A stretch of DNA of 64,000 bases from Amoebophrya sp. A120. Its lineage: Eukaryota; Protista; Dinoflagellata. The stretch is taken from assembly GCA_905178155.1 (NCBI GenBank), contig CAJINV010000001.1:1973904-2037903 (forward strand). The letters are read 5' to 3'. Positions 10,643 to 23,579 of the stretch are shown piece after piece. Position numbers and translations under genes: made by a program. Each line of letters starts with the position of its first letter. Position 1 is the first letter of the stretch. The notes under the pieces were generated by a model, which was given only the letters and a program-made list of their open reading frames with translations, ran no database searches and was not told where the DNA came from.

Positions 10643-13600
10643 TCAAAACCCGGCGGACATCTGTAGTACTCGATAGGTATCAGGATAACGATCGGCCAGA
10701 GCCCCCGCTTGCTGAGCGAGATTGCCAGATCCATTGAAATCAGCACTGCTTCCGTTGTCTGCCCGACGGGACCGCATGTGCTGCGAGTGCGCTGCCGGAT
10801 CCAGCATGGGTTCGTACCGCAGCTTCTTCTTGATCGTGCCGGTGCTTGCCCGCAGACTAAGATTGTGTTGAGTCTGGTGCGGATGTTGTTGCCCCGGATT
10901 TGCGAAACTTCTCGGCACAGCAGCGCCAGGTCCACCTCCGCCGCGCCTCGTTGAGGCTTGTTGCGGTGCTCCTGCCGATGATCCCCGCTCGTGGATGTTG
11001 ACAAAGTCTTCCTCCTCATCGTCTTCGAAGAACATGACGCTGGGCTCAGAGTCGATGTAGGCACTGCGATTGTTCGCATTTGTTCCGTTTTTCGCGGCAA
11101 AATTGCTTTGCGCATGCTGCTGTTGCTTAAAAGCCCTCGACTTGCTTCCGTTTCTGCTGCCCGTATTCCCCGCACGACTACTAGTACTCGTTCCACCCCC
11201 ACCTCCGGTCATCTGCTGCTGTTGACTCGCGACCGATACCGGCGTCGTGTTCACGTCTGTCACGGGGGTGCTGGTTAAGACCGCGTTATTCGTGGATGCG
11301 TTCGAAGCCGTCTCCCCACCCTGGTAAAACACCGGACTGACCCCGCCGCCGCCGGGAAACTGGTACCGATTGTTTGGCGCAAACGCCTCCCGTTTGCGCC
11401 GCTGTCTCTGGTAGTCGTCGGCGACAAAGGCCTCTGTCATGGCATCGGAAACGACTTCGCGCACGGAATCCAGAATCACCCGGTCCAGGTAATTCTGCCC
11501 CAGCCCCCCGGGGGAATCCTCGTTAATGCCACCGCCTCCCCCCGCGGCACCTCCTCCCGCGGCCCCTCCACCGCCTCGCGTGGCTACCAGAGCAGACCGC
11601 AGCTGCGCCATCTCGTGCGCCTGTTGCTGCTGGAACTCACGGAAGAAGGATTTCAGGTCCTGCATGTTAGGATCACCGGAAGGGTTGTTATATTCAGGTT
11701 GGCTTGCTTGAACAGGACCTCCAAATAAATGATCGCCCTGTTGCTCTGCGCGGAGCTGTTACAGTGTTTTAGTTTATTATTACGTCAAAAAGATCAGAAA
11801 AAATTTCAACGCTTCTACAACTGAGTCGCTCGTCCCCAATGCCAATTCAGATGATAAACAAGCCTAAATAAAACATGCCGTGGCATTGATCTTCATACCC
11901 TTCGCTCCATCTCTTCCATTTGTGCTTGCATCGTTCTGACGGTATTTCTCAGCCCTTCGTCCTGACTCGATCCCTTGCTATCAAGCTTACTCTGTTTGCT
12001 ACTCACCGCCGGGTGGTGCAGCGGCTGGTGGCCGATCGGAGGTGCAGCTCCAACTAGTAAGCTATCAGCAGCTCCGGTAGAAGTTCCGCGCGGCGGAGTC
12101 GTGAGAAGAGGGTGCTGGTGTTCGCTCACCGAGTTGTTATTTTGTCCTCCGACGCCATGTGGTACTTGCGTGGCAGCACTTTCGACAGAAATCCGATGCA
12201 GGCGGTTCTCGCGCTCGGCTGATCCCGGCACAAGAACTGGGTTTGGCAAGTACATAGGCTGTTGCTGTTGCTGTGGTCCTAGCTGACCGCCGGCACTCCC
12301 AGGAACCAGACTACGGTGCGGATTCGGCGACGCGTGCAATTGCGTCGTCAACACGCTGTGCTGCAGCGGATCGGTCATCTGAAAAGGCGGCAGTCCGAGG
12401 GACGACCCGGTACTGCCGTAGCTCGCGCGCCCTACCACGTTGGGGGCGATGGACTCGAGCAATCTGACAGATTCGTGCAGTGATTTCCGGGTTGTATCCA
12501 ACTCGGTCCGCAGCTCTGACTCGCGCCGTTGCGCCTCGCGCTCGTTGTCCGCGATGGTTCGCTCGAGAGAGAGCAGTTTCTCCTCCATCTTCCTTTCCAA
12601 AGTGTCGCAACGCATCTCGTATGCATTGCAAAAGTTGTATCGGACCGGGAGGACTACGAGCAGTAAAGATCGCATGACAAATTTGCTCAGCGCGAAGTGA
12701 AATGATTAATTCCGATTTACCCTAACATTTTGTGATGCAAATGCAATAAAAGCGTCGAGATTATTAATGCAACTAAAGGTGCGATACTTTAACTTTTGCA
12801 TTGCATATCTGGTCCGATTGCGTGCGGTAGTTTGACGTCCTATCCGCCTCGTGCTTCGCCTCCTCCAGCCGCTTTCGCTCCAGCTCCGCTTTTTTCCGCG
12901 TCTCCTCCAGTGCTTCGGCCTCGAACTGCAGCCTGCTCGCCTGCAGCTGCCTCTCCGCAAGAAACACGTCCTGCCGCTGCTTCGCGTCCCGTTCCAGCTC
13001 GTCGAGAATTACGCCCTGCTTCTGTTTAACCTCCAAATACGCCTTTTGCTGCAGCTCCTGCGTCTGCGCTGCGAGGTGTTCCGCGTGCTTTTGGCTCTCG
13101 CGTTCGAACTGGTCCAGGTAGCGGGATATGCATTGCAAAAGTGTCGTATGGGTAGGGGTACGTGCTAATAGTGGGAATTGCATGAAAAATGCAAATTGAA
13201 ATTTGTTCGTTCAAGAAGCGTCGCGTCACGCAGATTCAATATCAGACCACAGCAGATCATGCAGATGCAGATCTGTAAAAATGCCGGCGCCGCGTGACTG
13301 GCATTTGTACGAGTACCACGATGCTTTTGCCGGTTGAATATGGGACTCGACCTGGAACTCGATCTCCTTCGTTTTCCGGACCAAATCCTGCTCCAGTTCC
13401 GATTTTCGAGCGTCGAGGTCGCGGGCTATCTCTTTCTTTCGCTCCAGGAGCTGCTCCTCCACATGGCGGCTACGCTCAGCGTGCTGCTTCTCGAGATTGA
13501 GTCGCTTCTGTTCGAGGCTGCTGTCCACGAGCCGTTGGTGCTGGCAGTAAGAGTTTTTGGAAGTGGTGGACTAGTCGAAACCAAACTGCGAAGAACAGAC

Positions 13601-16600
13601 CGATTCAGCAACATCAACTACATGTCGAAAAAATAAGCCAAAACACTGAATACAAAACGTACCTCGCCAAGCAACTTCGTGCTTTCTGTCGCAAGGTCCG
13701 CGGCGCTGCGGCTGGCGACGTTTTCTAGAGACGATCGCTGCTCTTCTACAAACTCGCTTTCCCGCTGCCGCCACTTCTCCTGCGCCAAGTGGTGTTCGCG
13801 CTCCGATTTCTCCCGTATTTCGCGGAGAGCTTGCTGCAACTCGATCTCTGCCCCACTCCGCTGCTGGTCGAACTTGCGTAGCCACTGCTCTTGGAGCCGC
13901 TGCGCCTGGTGGTCGAAGCTGGAGTTTTTCAGTTTTTTATCAAACATCAACGGCTTTAGGGGCGCATCAAATGCCTAAGACTGGGTGATTCAAGTAGAAG
14001 AAGCCGAAAATAAAGCACACAATATTTGTCCTGCTGCAGCGAAAAACATCAATACTCCCTTTGCCAGTCGAGTTCCATGTCGCGCCTTTTCTCTGGCATT
14101 TTCTTCACTTCGTCTGCCATCTGCAGCCGCAATTCCGCTAGACTGGCCGTCATCTGCTCCTGCAACCTCGTTTCCATCTGTTCCAGAGCCGTGCTTAACT
14201 CCTCCTCCTTCTGGTAGTTTGCTTCCGCCAGCATCTGGCTCACGTCCTCCCGGTTCCGCTCGGCGTCCTCTTGTTCCTTCTGCCGCAGAAATTCCTGCAG
14301 TTTTTCGTCCATGTCGACCTGCGACTGCCGCCGCTCCTCGGCGAACGCGATTTTTGCGTTTTCGATTTCCTCGCGAAGCTTCTCTTCATACTCCGCCTGC
14401 AACCGCACCGCCTGCTCCGCGAGCTGCTTCTCCTGCTCGTGGTGCTGGTTCACTTTGGAAACGTACTGTGCCTCGACGATCGGGTCCACGAGATTTTCAT
14501 CCTCGGTTTCTCCCAACGCCGCCTGTTCGTCGTCGTAGTTGTTGTCGCTGGTCTGTTCCTGCGCGGAGGAAGTGTCCCCGGGGGTCCGCTGTTGCAGATT
14601 CAGCGGGAATTTCTTCCGCTCCCCCGAGGACTTGCTCAAGGAGCTCTGTCTCAGCAAGTTATCCTCTTTTGGTGTGTCCGCGGGCGTTTCGATTTCGATC
14701 TTCGCCGTCAGGGGCTCGGAATTTGGAACGGAGCTCTGCTGCTGCTGCAATACCATGTTGCCCAACCTCTCCGCTAAACTCCAGCACTCGTCATCCGACA
14801 GCGGACATTTGTGTTCCTCGCCGAAGATGGAATGCCACAGCGTGACCAGCATCCACAGTTTCGTGTAGACTTGGCAGCACGCGGCGACTTTCGGGTTGTC
14901 GGACCGCTCTTGCGAGCTGTCCTCACGGTTCACGTAGATCGTGAGGGCAGGGGTTTGGCCGTCCTCCGAAGCGGGTTTGTGCTCCTTAATCAACCACGTT
15001 CCCATGCCCTTTAGCGATTTCCGCCCTGCGTGCTTCTGCATGACCGCGACGAGTCTCGATTTTTTATCGAATAGGTCGTCAGTTTGCAGCACTTCGCGGA
15101 CAACGGGGATAAGTTCGTGGAAGAAGGACTGCAGCGGGTGTTTCCAGGCCTGCAAAGGTCGTTGCGGTGGGGGTGTGGTTATTCTAGTGTGTAGTTTCGC
15201 TTTCGTATTGGATTCAAGAAGAAGATTGAGCATAATTCGCTCACTGATTGTATTCTGTCACGTTGACATGCTTATGGACAAAAGCACACGGAGCCTCGCG
15301 ACATGATCTACTTCCTACTTCGTTTGTCAACTATACTTACCTTCTTATCCGCCGGAATGCTGCCCACGTGCTCGAAGTACACCCGGCTCTTTTCGTATGG
15401 AAGAAAAAAGTTTGTCACAGTCACTAACTTGCAGGCTTTGCATTACAAATTTTTTTAGCATCACAAGTTTTCCTTGTATTGCAGAAAAACTAGGGAAGTC
15501 CCCTTGTCATGCATTTGCACGCATGACAGCCAATTTTGCATTGCAAAAATGCGCATGAGTGATCGTGACGAGCTTTTTTTGTTTGATATTTCGTCACGCT
15601 TGGCCCGCCAGGGTGGCATCAAAGGCCTTAAGAACAGCTTCGTGAAAAGCTCCGTCTCCTCGCCGGGCTCTAAATGCAGGTACTTCGCGTACTGTTCTGG
15701 CACCATCCACTTCTTCAATGCCAGCCCCGCGTCCCAGTCTTTTACAGCCTGTTCCGCCAGCGCCCGGAGCTCGCCCGTCTTCCCGCTACGATTCATGGCT
15801 TTCATGTCGCGGTCCAGCCCCTCCTCCTGGTCGAAACCGAGCGTCGGGGTGCGGTCAAAGTTCTTTGAAGCACTGGAAGACGATGCGGCTTCGTTCATGT
15901 TGTTGACTACTTTCGGCGTTCTTGTCGCGTCCTCCTCTGCACTTGCTGTTGCGTTCCCGTATTTATTGCCTCCATCCACCGCATGATGATCTTCATCTGT
16001 TTTATTCAACACAGTAGTTTTCTTCGACGCGGGCGGCGAAGCCAGTCCCAAATCTTCTTTCGACGTGGACGTCACCAGCTCCTCGCTCGACGAAGAGGAC
16101 TGCGACCCCTTGTAGTATTTCTCGTACTCGCGGAGATACGTGCGGTACTCCGGCTCGAGTAGGCGGCTCAGCGGATCGAACTTCGGCTGGAAAAAGCTGC
16201 TTTCGTAAGATCTGGGAGTGGTCCAGGTTGTGGTTTCCGTGCCTGGGTGGTGGTAGTATTTCTTCTTCTTCTGCGTACTAGAACTACTACTGCTTGCAGC
16301 CGCGGCTCCAGCTTCTCCCTCGAGAACCTCATGCGCCTGGTACTCGGCGACCCTCTGTTCAAAGGCCTTTTCCCACGCGTCGAGGGCGACCTGCGTGCGC
16401 GAGTGCGCCTCCTTGTCATGCTCCTGGATTTTGGCGTCGTCGAGCAGCTGCCCGGTGGTTGCGTCGAGGTACGCGAAACCGTTATCGGCCCAAACGTACT
16501 CGAAATTGTTCTTCAGATCGACGACGGAAGCGTGGTAGGGAAGTTCCCACGAGGTCTCGTTGGTGTCCGGATTGAAGAAGTACACGCCAGATTCCTCGGT

Positions 16601-16944
16601 AGCGACAATCTGCCACGGGTCGAGAAGCGGAAACCTGAGAAGTACAGTGATGTTTTTCGAATAGGGTTGTATAGGCAATGCGTATGCGATGCACCTCAGC
16701 AACATGAATGTCGAGAGCTTGATGTAGTTGAATGATGCACATGATGCAGCTCATTCAGCAACATATTAGGCTGACGATTTTGATTATTCTGTACGCAAAA
16801 CCAAAAATCTTCATCTTCAAAATGATGACTTCACTACTTCAGCGCCTCAACGAGGACGACAAACAGCGCCGGATTTTCGTCGTGCAGAATGTTGAAATGC
16901 TTCCCAACATACTGCCGGGCTTGCTCCTCGGTAAGCCGCTCCAT
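10643..16944 (-). CDS. Large WW-domain/coiled-coil protein, CEP164-like (multi-exon)
   Basis: WW-like motifs PLLDPWQ...GVYFFNPDTNETSWELP, YYHHPGTETTTWTTP and PLMPPWRAKRDEKSRVYF...AWKHP, then long E/Q/R coiled coils and a low-complexity tail. Most junctions join in frame; the one near 14.0 kb is uncertain. Confidence 0.6.
12620..12807. mobile_element. Introner (TATGCATTGCAAAAG family)
   Basis: TIR tatgcaWtgcaaaagtt, TSD TCTCG/TCTGG. Removal gives QSDQ|MRCDTLE. Confidence 0.8.
13127..13340. mobile_element. Introner (TATGCATTGCAAAAG family, diverged)
   Basis: TAT...ATA termini, TSD CGGGA/TGGGA. Removal gives QVES|RYLDQFE. Confidence 0.75.
15396..15588. mobile_element. Introner
   Basis: TAT...ATA, imperfect TIR (aaaaaagtttgtcac / gtgacgagctttttt), perfect TSD TTTCG. 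Removal gives RDE|KSRVYF. Confidence 0.8.
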
Positions 16945-17988
16945 GGTGTACGACAGTTGTGATGCTACCTACCAATAAAGAACCTGCTTGCCGCGGCGGC
17001 CAGCCGGCAGCTCTCCGAAAAGAACCCCAACTCTTGCCTAGACATTTTGATTTTCATTTTTTGCGTCGCATTTTGGATCTTTTGCGAATAGCAGGAACAG
17101 CATTCTTCGATTTCTCCTCACGACACTTGAAGAGCAGCAGGCCATTGTAGTTTTTCCTCGTTTGCGTTGTCGATTTGTTCTTGCTCACTCGTTGTCACAC
17201 AACTCTGTGTCTTCGATGCAAGAGGCTCACTCTGGCACTGTCACGATTTTGCACACGCTGATAGAAACACTGCTTGAGCGGGGAGTCACACTCTTTCAGT
17301 GCTGCTCCTTGCACTGTCTATAATTTCATTGTGGCACTACTTGCTTTCGTCAAGTCCTCTTGTTTCGAGTTCCGCATTGAAATCCTCAACATGATCCGAA
17401 AAAGCATCTGCATTGCAAGACAGAGGCAAACTCTACTCGAATACTATTTCAGATTTCCATATGGACCTCAAAATCAGTGACTTCAAACGAATCGAGGATT
17501 CTGTCGACGTCCTCCCGCGTCTTCCGCATGCTCTCCTGCAGCTGTTCTTGATACGCGGCCCGCTTTCGCTTCTTTGTACTTTCGTTGTAGTCTTGTGGTC
17601 CGGGGGTTCTTGCTCCACCACCGCCCTGCGGAGTTTGCTCGAAGGCACTAGTGCTTGGTGGGAAGAAAGAAGCAGACTCCGAGTGATGTAGTGTTGAGCT
17701 AGACGTGGATCTTCCCCCGGGGCTTGGCTGGTCTTCGGATTCTTGTGAATGCTTGGCACGAGGACCACGCGGCGGAGCGGATCCCGAAACGACCTGGGAA
17801 AGGATGCAAAAGTTTTGGAGATCGAGTTCGAGAAAGAAGGATGAAGAGGATGAAATGAACTATCCACCTAGATACACGCACCCCCACCCACAAACTTGGT
17901 AGCACGAGCATCAATAGTACCTTCATTATTCGCCCCGCCTTTCCTCGCGTTGTTCCCTGGTCGGGGGTCCACGCGGTTGCCTGTGTTT

Positions 17989-19914
17989 TTAACGAGGAAG
18001 GCGCACCAGCTCCGCCGCTGCGGTCCCGCATGGATCTGCGTAGGGTATCGAACTGCAGGCGAGATCGGTTGTGCGTTGGAGTGCGATACCTGAGAAGTCG
18101 CTGTTACAGCTTGTACTTGAACTTGCGTATCTGATGGGAAATATCCTGCTGAGGACTACTTCTGAGTGATAGAAAAACCGAAATTTCTTTGGTTCATCAA
18201 AGTGATATGAAAATCCGCAGCTAGTGTGACAGTACGGTGTGCTCGACACTAGCATCTCCTCGTCTTCGGCTTCGTTTTGGAACTCCCCGAGTGTTTCCCT
18301 TTCCGCTACCTCCGGCGGGAGATGCAGACTCAGCACCTTGTACTGCAGCCGCGCCACGCCCGTCTGCAGGTTCTCGAGTATCCCCTGCACCGCGCGCACC
18401 ACCGTATCCGGCTCTTTTTCCCGTAGCAGGTCCAGCGCGACCCTAACGTGGTTTCGAAGCCCGGCAAAATCGGTGCGCATGGCCGCAGTTGTCGCTTCCA
18501 CAGTCGTGGTGGGAGAGGCTGCTGCTGTACCAACTAAAGCGGCGGCCACAGGATCTACTTCCGTGGCTCGGTGCAGCGAAGAGGTTGTCGTGGAAGACGA
18601 AACTACACTCGGGTCGTAGTTGCCGTCTTCTTGCAGTTTATTCTTAATGTTCGCGTAGCTTCCACCGTCTATTCTTTTGTGCAGTTTCTTCAGAGGCAGC
18701 GGTGGCGGCACGCGACGTCTCGGCTCGGGGTAGAAAACAGGTGGGCTGTTCCTGTTGTGCGAAGATGGTGTTTGCCGGTTGTTATAATTTCTCGGCTGCA
18801 TCATTGGACTGCTCCGAGAGGGTGTTACAACAGTGCTTGAGGGACTCATCTGTGTTGATCTAGAAGTTGTCGTCCCCTCATTGTTCCAATTCCAACTGGC
18901 TGCTTGCTGCCCCGCTGGTGCCTGACCACCCTGGTCGTCGTCGTCGTGTCTGGTCTTATTACCACGCTGCGATTTGTTACGGTAATGGTAATCATGGGCT
19001 TTCCCTTTCGCCGCTCCGTCCCTATCCCTGCTTTCGCTATCCGTATACTGTCGCTCCATTTCCTCCTGCTCCTCAAGCAACACGCGTCGGAGGTCGTCTC
19101 GCGTGAAGGACGCTTCCGTGCGGAAAACATTCCAGTCCTTCCTATTCGAAAAAGACTGCGGTGCCGGGTTGCGGTTTCGGCTAGGGGACACCTGCGTCGA
19201 TGATCGAGTCTCGTCATCATGATTATACCCTCGGAAAACAAATTCGCCATCACCAAAGGAACTATCTCCAACTGCTGTTCCCGCCGCTTCTGTGCCACCA
19301 CCTCCATGCCTTAACTGGGCGTAGCTGGGCCGCTTGGTCGACATCGCGTTAGAAGGATTCTTGTTGCCATTCTTCCTTTTCCCAGGCGAAGTAGAGGATG
19401 AAGTAGACGCTCTCAGAATCATGTTGCCAGTTGCACTAGAGCTCCGACCTGCCGGCGCTGCCTTCGTCGTTCTGACAGCCCGATCCAAGTGTCGCACCAT
19501 GCTCGTTGCGCTCGCCGACGACGCGTCCAGCCACACAAACGACCCACTCTGGTCCGCTGCAACGGATGAGTTGTTGTGTGGAACCGAAGCCGCATGTGGT
19601 CCGCGGCGGTTGTAGCTGCTCTGACGTTCTTGTTGGAACGACTTCTGCGACGGGGACGATATGTAGCTGCTATTAATGGAGCCTTTGTTTCTGCTGATGG
19701 GTCCGGGGCGGGTGGAAGATGACGACGGAGTCGCTCCTGTAGATGGAGCTCCAAGCGGTCCAAAATGGGGCCGCTGTAGTTGTGCCAGGCGTTTCGCTTT
19801 GTCCACGTTGCTGTTCTGCTGTTGTAACAGGGACTTGGTCGAAAATGAGCGAAAATGGCGCTGCAGTTCGAAATCTGGGTCCCGCGAGAAGGCACCAGAG
19901 GAGGCAGCAACCAT
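17989..19914 (-). CDS. Hypothetical low-complexity protein (3' end uncertain, possible intron near 18.1-18.25 kb)
   Basis: 641-aa ORF with aaaATG start, S/T/N-rich, with a helical segment near the C-terminus. No recognisable family. Confidence 0.55.
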   Translation of the reverse strand: MVAASSGAFSRDPDFELQRHFRSFSTKSLLQQQNSNVDKAKRLAQLQRPHFGPLGAPSTGATPSSSSTRPGPISRNKGSINSSYISSPSQKSFQQERQSSYNRRGPHAASVPHNNSSVAADQSGSFVWLDASSASATSMVRHLDRAVRTTKAAPAGRSSSATGNMILRASTSSSTSPGKRKNGNKNPSNAMSTKRPSYAQLRHGGGGTEAAGTAVGDSSFGDGEFVFRGYNHDDETRSSTQVSPSRNRNPAPQSFSNRKDWNVFRTEASFTRDDLRRVLLEEQEEMERQYTDSESRDRDGAAKGKAHDYHYRNKSQRGNKTRHDDDDQGGQAPAGQQAASWNWNNEGTTTSRSTQMSPSSTVVTPSRSSPMMQPRNYNNRQTPSSHNRNSPPVFYPEPRRRVPPPLPLKKLHKRIDGGSYANIKNKLQEDGNYDPSVVSSSTTTSSLHRATEVDPVAAALVGTAAASPTTTVEATTAAMRTDFAGLRNHVRVALDLLREKEPDTVVRAVQGILENLQTGVARLQYKVLSLHLPPEVAERETLGEFQNEAEDEEMLVSSTPYCHTSCGFSYHFDEPKKFRFFYHSEVVLSRIFPIRYASSSTSCNSDFSGIALQRTTDLACSSIPYADPCGTAAAELVRLPR

Positions 19915-21035
19915 TTTTGATTTGGTTCTTCTCGAAATTCAAATATACCAAAGCGCGGTCAAGAGGAATAACAATTCACGCGAACGCGACGACGAGCACA
20001 GGCTGACAGCGGTACCAGACAACTGCAAATAGGAATAGCCTCGGAAGCAGTAAAAGCGCGTGAGGCTACAATGCAAAAAAACGCAAAAACTTACGCGTCT
20101 TGTCTAAATAAAATGCCAGAGAAACGAAAAAACGAGCACGACGACGAAGACCACCTTCAACTTCTTCTCGTTACGATTGGTGCAACTACATGATATGTGG
20201 AAACGACGACAACAACGATGACGAAGATCAAGATTTGGAATTTCTCAGACACTCGACGGCGACAAAAAGACATGAAGGAAGTTCATGCCTAAGTTCGGTA
20301 AATCTTCTTGAAACAACCTCCACTCTCTTGAGAACCTCTTTGGCGACTCTCACTCTTTGACGAGGAAGTTGTGATTCAGATTATTGCGCGTCTATAATTT
20401 ACAAGATGAAGATGTTTCCTCTTCCTAGTTGATGCGAGGGGTTGAACATCTTGAAAACCGAAGGCAGAGCCTTAGTCGGTGAAGATACATTCGGGCTCGT
20501 GAGCCAGATATCGACATTCTAATTTTCTGAAAAAAAAAATCGAAAAGTGCTGGTGAGTGTGCGTTTTGGGTTTTCATGTCCACGTCCAAAAAATCTTGTG
20601 TACATTTAGGTTGTAATGCCCACCACATCAAATGTTGCGTGAAAAAAATCGCTGCGTGCGATTGCGATGCGCATAGAAAAAAAATGGAGTTATGAGGATG
20701 TTGATCATATGGTTATGGTGAAGAATAATGTATGTGGCTACTTACCAAATCACTATTGTACATGTTCGGGACACACGACAAACTAACACTGTCACTGTAT
20801 CATCGTTCTGATGATCATGTCCACATAAATCTCTTGGTAGTTACAGGCGAAAAAAATCAACCAAGCAAACCAATCCGGAAGGTCGCGATATCATACATGC
20901 CTTTTGTCTCGTACCGGGAGCGGAGGCTGGCGCTGGGAATATCAAATAACGGCTAGAATGGTACTAGAATGAAAAAAGTATATGTCCTCGCATATGTCAC
21001 AAAAGTGGTATTGCTGCTCCCTACTTATCTACAAC

Positions 21036-23579
21036 TCAGCATTGCTCGCAAAGCAGGTCGTCGACGTCCACTGGCTCACCGCTTTCCTTCTTCCCACTGC
21101 CAACCACTTTATCCAGTTCCTCGAAAGTTCTCCACTGGTGCTTCACTTCCCCTTCGTCGGTTACCTTGACAATCCGCAGCCCGCTAGTTTTCTTGTCCAA
21201 AATCCCCTTGCCAACACCAGATAAACCTAGCGGATCGCCCTTCGGATCGGTTTCGATGTTCACCCCGACCGCGCCCGTGGTCACCACCTGCATGCCCTTG
21301 TAGCTGGTTGTCATTTGGGTGTGTAGTTTTTTAGTATCACAAATAAGCGGTATGTTTTGGACTTGGTCTACTCTGCAGATTCTCATAATCGTATATACAA
21401 TGTCATCGTCAAACTCAAACATGTATATGAGAGTTCGGCTCGTCTCAATAAGAAGTTAGTTTTAGTACTTTCCAACTGAGTTGCGGTGGTAGTGTCCTCC
21501 AAACCAGGCCTTGCAGCCGCAAGAGTGCAATCGCTCCAGCGTGTGTAGGCGGACGTTTTTATTCCAGTTAAAGTACGCTGACGGCTCTTTGGGTGTTTTG
21601 ATGAAGGGCGATATGTGGGAGAACGCGATCACAGCCTTTGCCGGCTTTTCTAGCCGCTCTTCAATCTCGCCCTCGAACCACTCGTCTTGTCGCTGAACCT
21701 CTTTTTCAACCTCTTCCGCCGCCTCCGCCGTGACCAGCTGCGAATTCAAAACCATGCAATAAACGCCGCCCATCCAGAAAGAAAAGTAGTCCGCACCTGA
21801 TTCATATTTTGACGATGTGCAGTGCCCCCGTCGTAAAGTAGCTATAGATTTAGATGCACTGTCCATGCAGGTCAAGGAAAGACATTGATACAATTCGAGT
21901 CGTCTGGTGCTTTTGCAGCATCAAAAAACGTCGAACAAATCATCTTTTAAAGGAAAAGAGTATCGTGTATGTGAATATGCTATACCCCAATTAACCCGAT
22001 ATTCTTCGAGAGTGAAGCCGTTCGGCCGATTCCCCACATCATGGTTGCCGCAGCAGCAAAGCAGTGGGATTTCCGGGTCTATCTCGTCCAGCAACTCCTG
22101 CAGTTCGGCGATCTGCGCTCTGCGCTTGGCGTCTGCGGCCAAGCGTTTCGCTTGCTCGTCTATCTCTTGTTTACTTTCTCGCACCTTCAGAATCGACGGA
22201 GATTGCGGAACGGCAGGCTGTTTACTGGTCTTGTCACTAGCGGACTTTTTTCCCTCCGGCGACTTTATCAACAGCTGCTTCTTAGCACTTGGTGGCTGCT
22301 CATCTTCCGCTTGGTCTTTTGGCACTTCATCAAGAAGAACTGCAGAAGTGCTGCTCCGTTTCATCGGTGTGGAGCTCAGCCTGTTGTCCGTTTTCTTTGG
22401 AGAAGAAGCGCCGGAGGATATCAAGGCGGCACTTGAAGATGATGACGGTCCCGCTGTGCCCTTGAAAGTGGAGGAAGAGGAGGAAGAGCTATTGCCCGCA
22501 CTTGCTACTTTGGTGGCCACAGCTGTCTTTCCCGCCGACGAATTCGACGACGAATTGAGAGTATTGTTATTTCCTACCGTGGTCACGATTCTCGACCCGG
22601 TGACAAAGGGTTTCGGGGACGCGAGTGGCATGCGAAAATGAACCATCTTCGTCTTGGAAGAGGACGTCCGCTTGTTGCCAGGTTTTGTCGCCGCAGTTGC
22701 TGCCGCAGTACCAGTACTATCTTCGCCGGTAGTTGCGTTCTTTTTCGGTGAAGATGAGTTGTTCTTTCCGCCTCCTGTGCTCGTTCTTTTCCCAGAAGAT
22801 TTGCTCTGGTCACCATTCTGTTTCTTCTCAGCCTCTACCTGATTCTGCGAAACCACCCCCGGAAACTCGTCCGTCATGTCACCGCACAGCACGACAAACG
22901 CGGGCTTCAAATGGTTGATGGTTTTCACAGCGGACCGGATCATTTCAAGCTCCAGCTCGTGTCGTTCCGCGACGGACAATTGTTTCGGCCCTAGGTTTTC
23001 CGACATGCCCAGCTGGGTATCGGCGAGCTGCACGAAATGGAAGCCCTGCTTGAACTTTCCCTGGTTTGTTGCGGTAAGGTAGGGAACGGACATGGAATCG
23101 AAGTTGGCCTTGATGAGCCCTCCCTTCTTAAACCTCGGCTTCACCACATGACCTATCTTCTTCTTCATGGCGGCCATCATCTTTTTCATGGCTGGCGCTG
23201 CAACGGGCTTCCTCACTGGGATGGTTCGCTTCTTCATCTGGTTCATTTTCATCATCTTCTTCATAGGTTTTGTTAGTTTCACAGATGAAGCTTGGGATGG
23301 ATTCCGCTTGTTTGCACCAGTTTTCGTCGTGTTCGTATTTTTCCCGTCTTTTTTCATGGCACTCATCTTCTTAAAGGTATTCACCTTCACCAGAGCAGCT
23401 CGAAATTTCTTCATGACTAGGTTTTTCTTGTAGAGTTTATGCTCCTTGCCCGAGTGTGTTTTGGGTCGCGAAGCGGGTCGTGCAGGGGATGGCTTCGCAC
23501 CTCCAGATGTTGAAGCGGAGGAGGAAGAGGAGGACGACGCCGCTCCGGCTCCGGGGGCGTAGGAGGTAGCCTTCTTCAT
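21036..23579 (-). CDS. CPPED1: Calcineurin-like metallophosphoesterase CPPED1 (3 exons)
   Basis: FVQLADTQLGM, FVVLCGDMTD, CCGNHDVGNRP, GADYFSFW, FSHISPF, GHYHRN, VVTTGAVG motifs. Confidence 0.85.
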
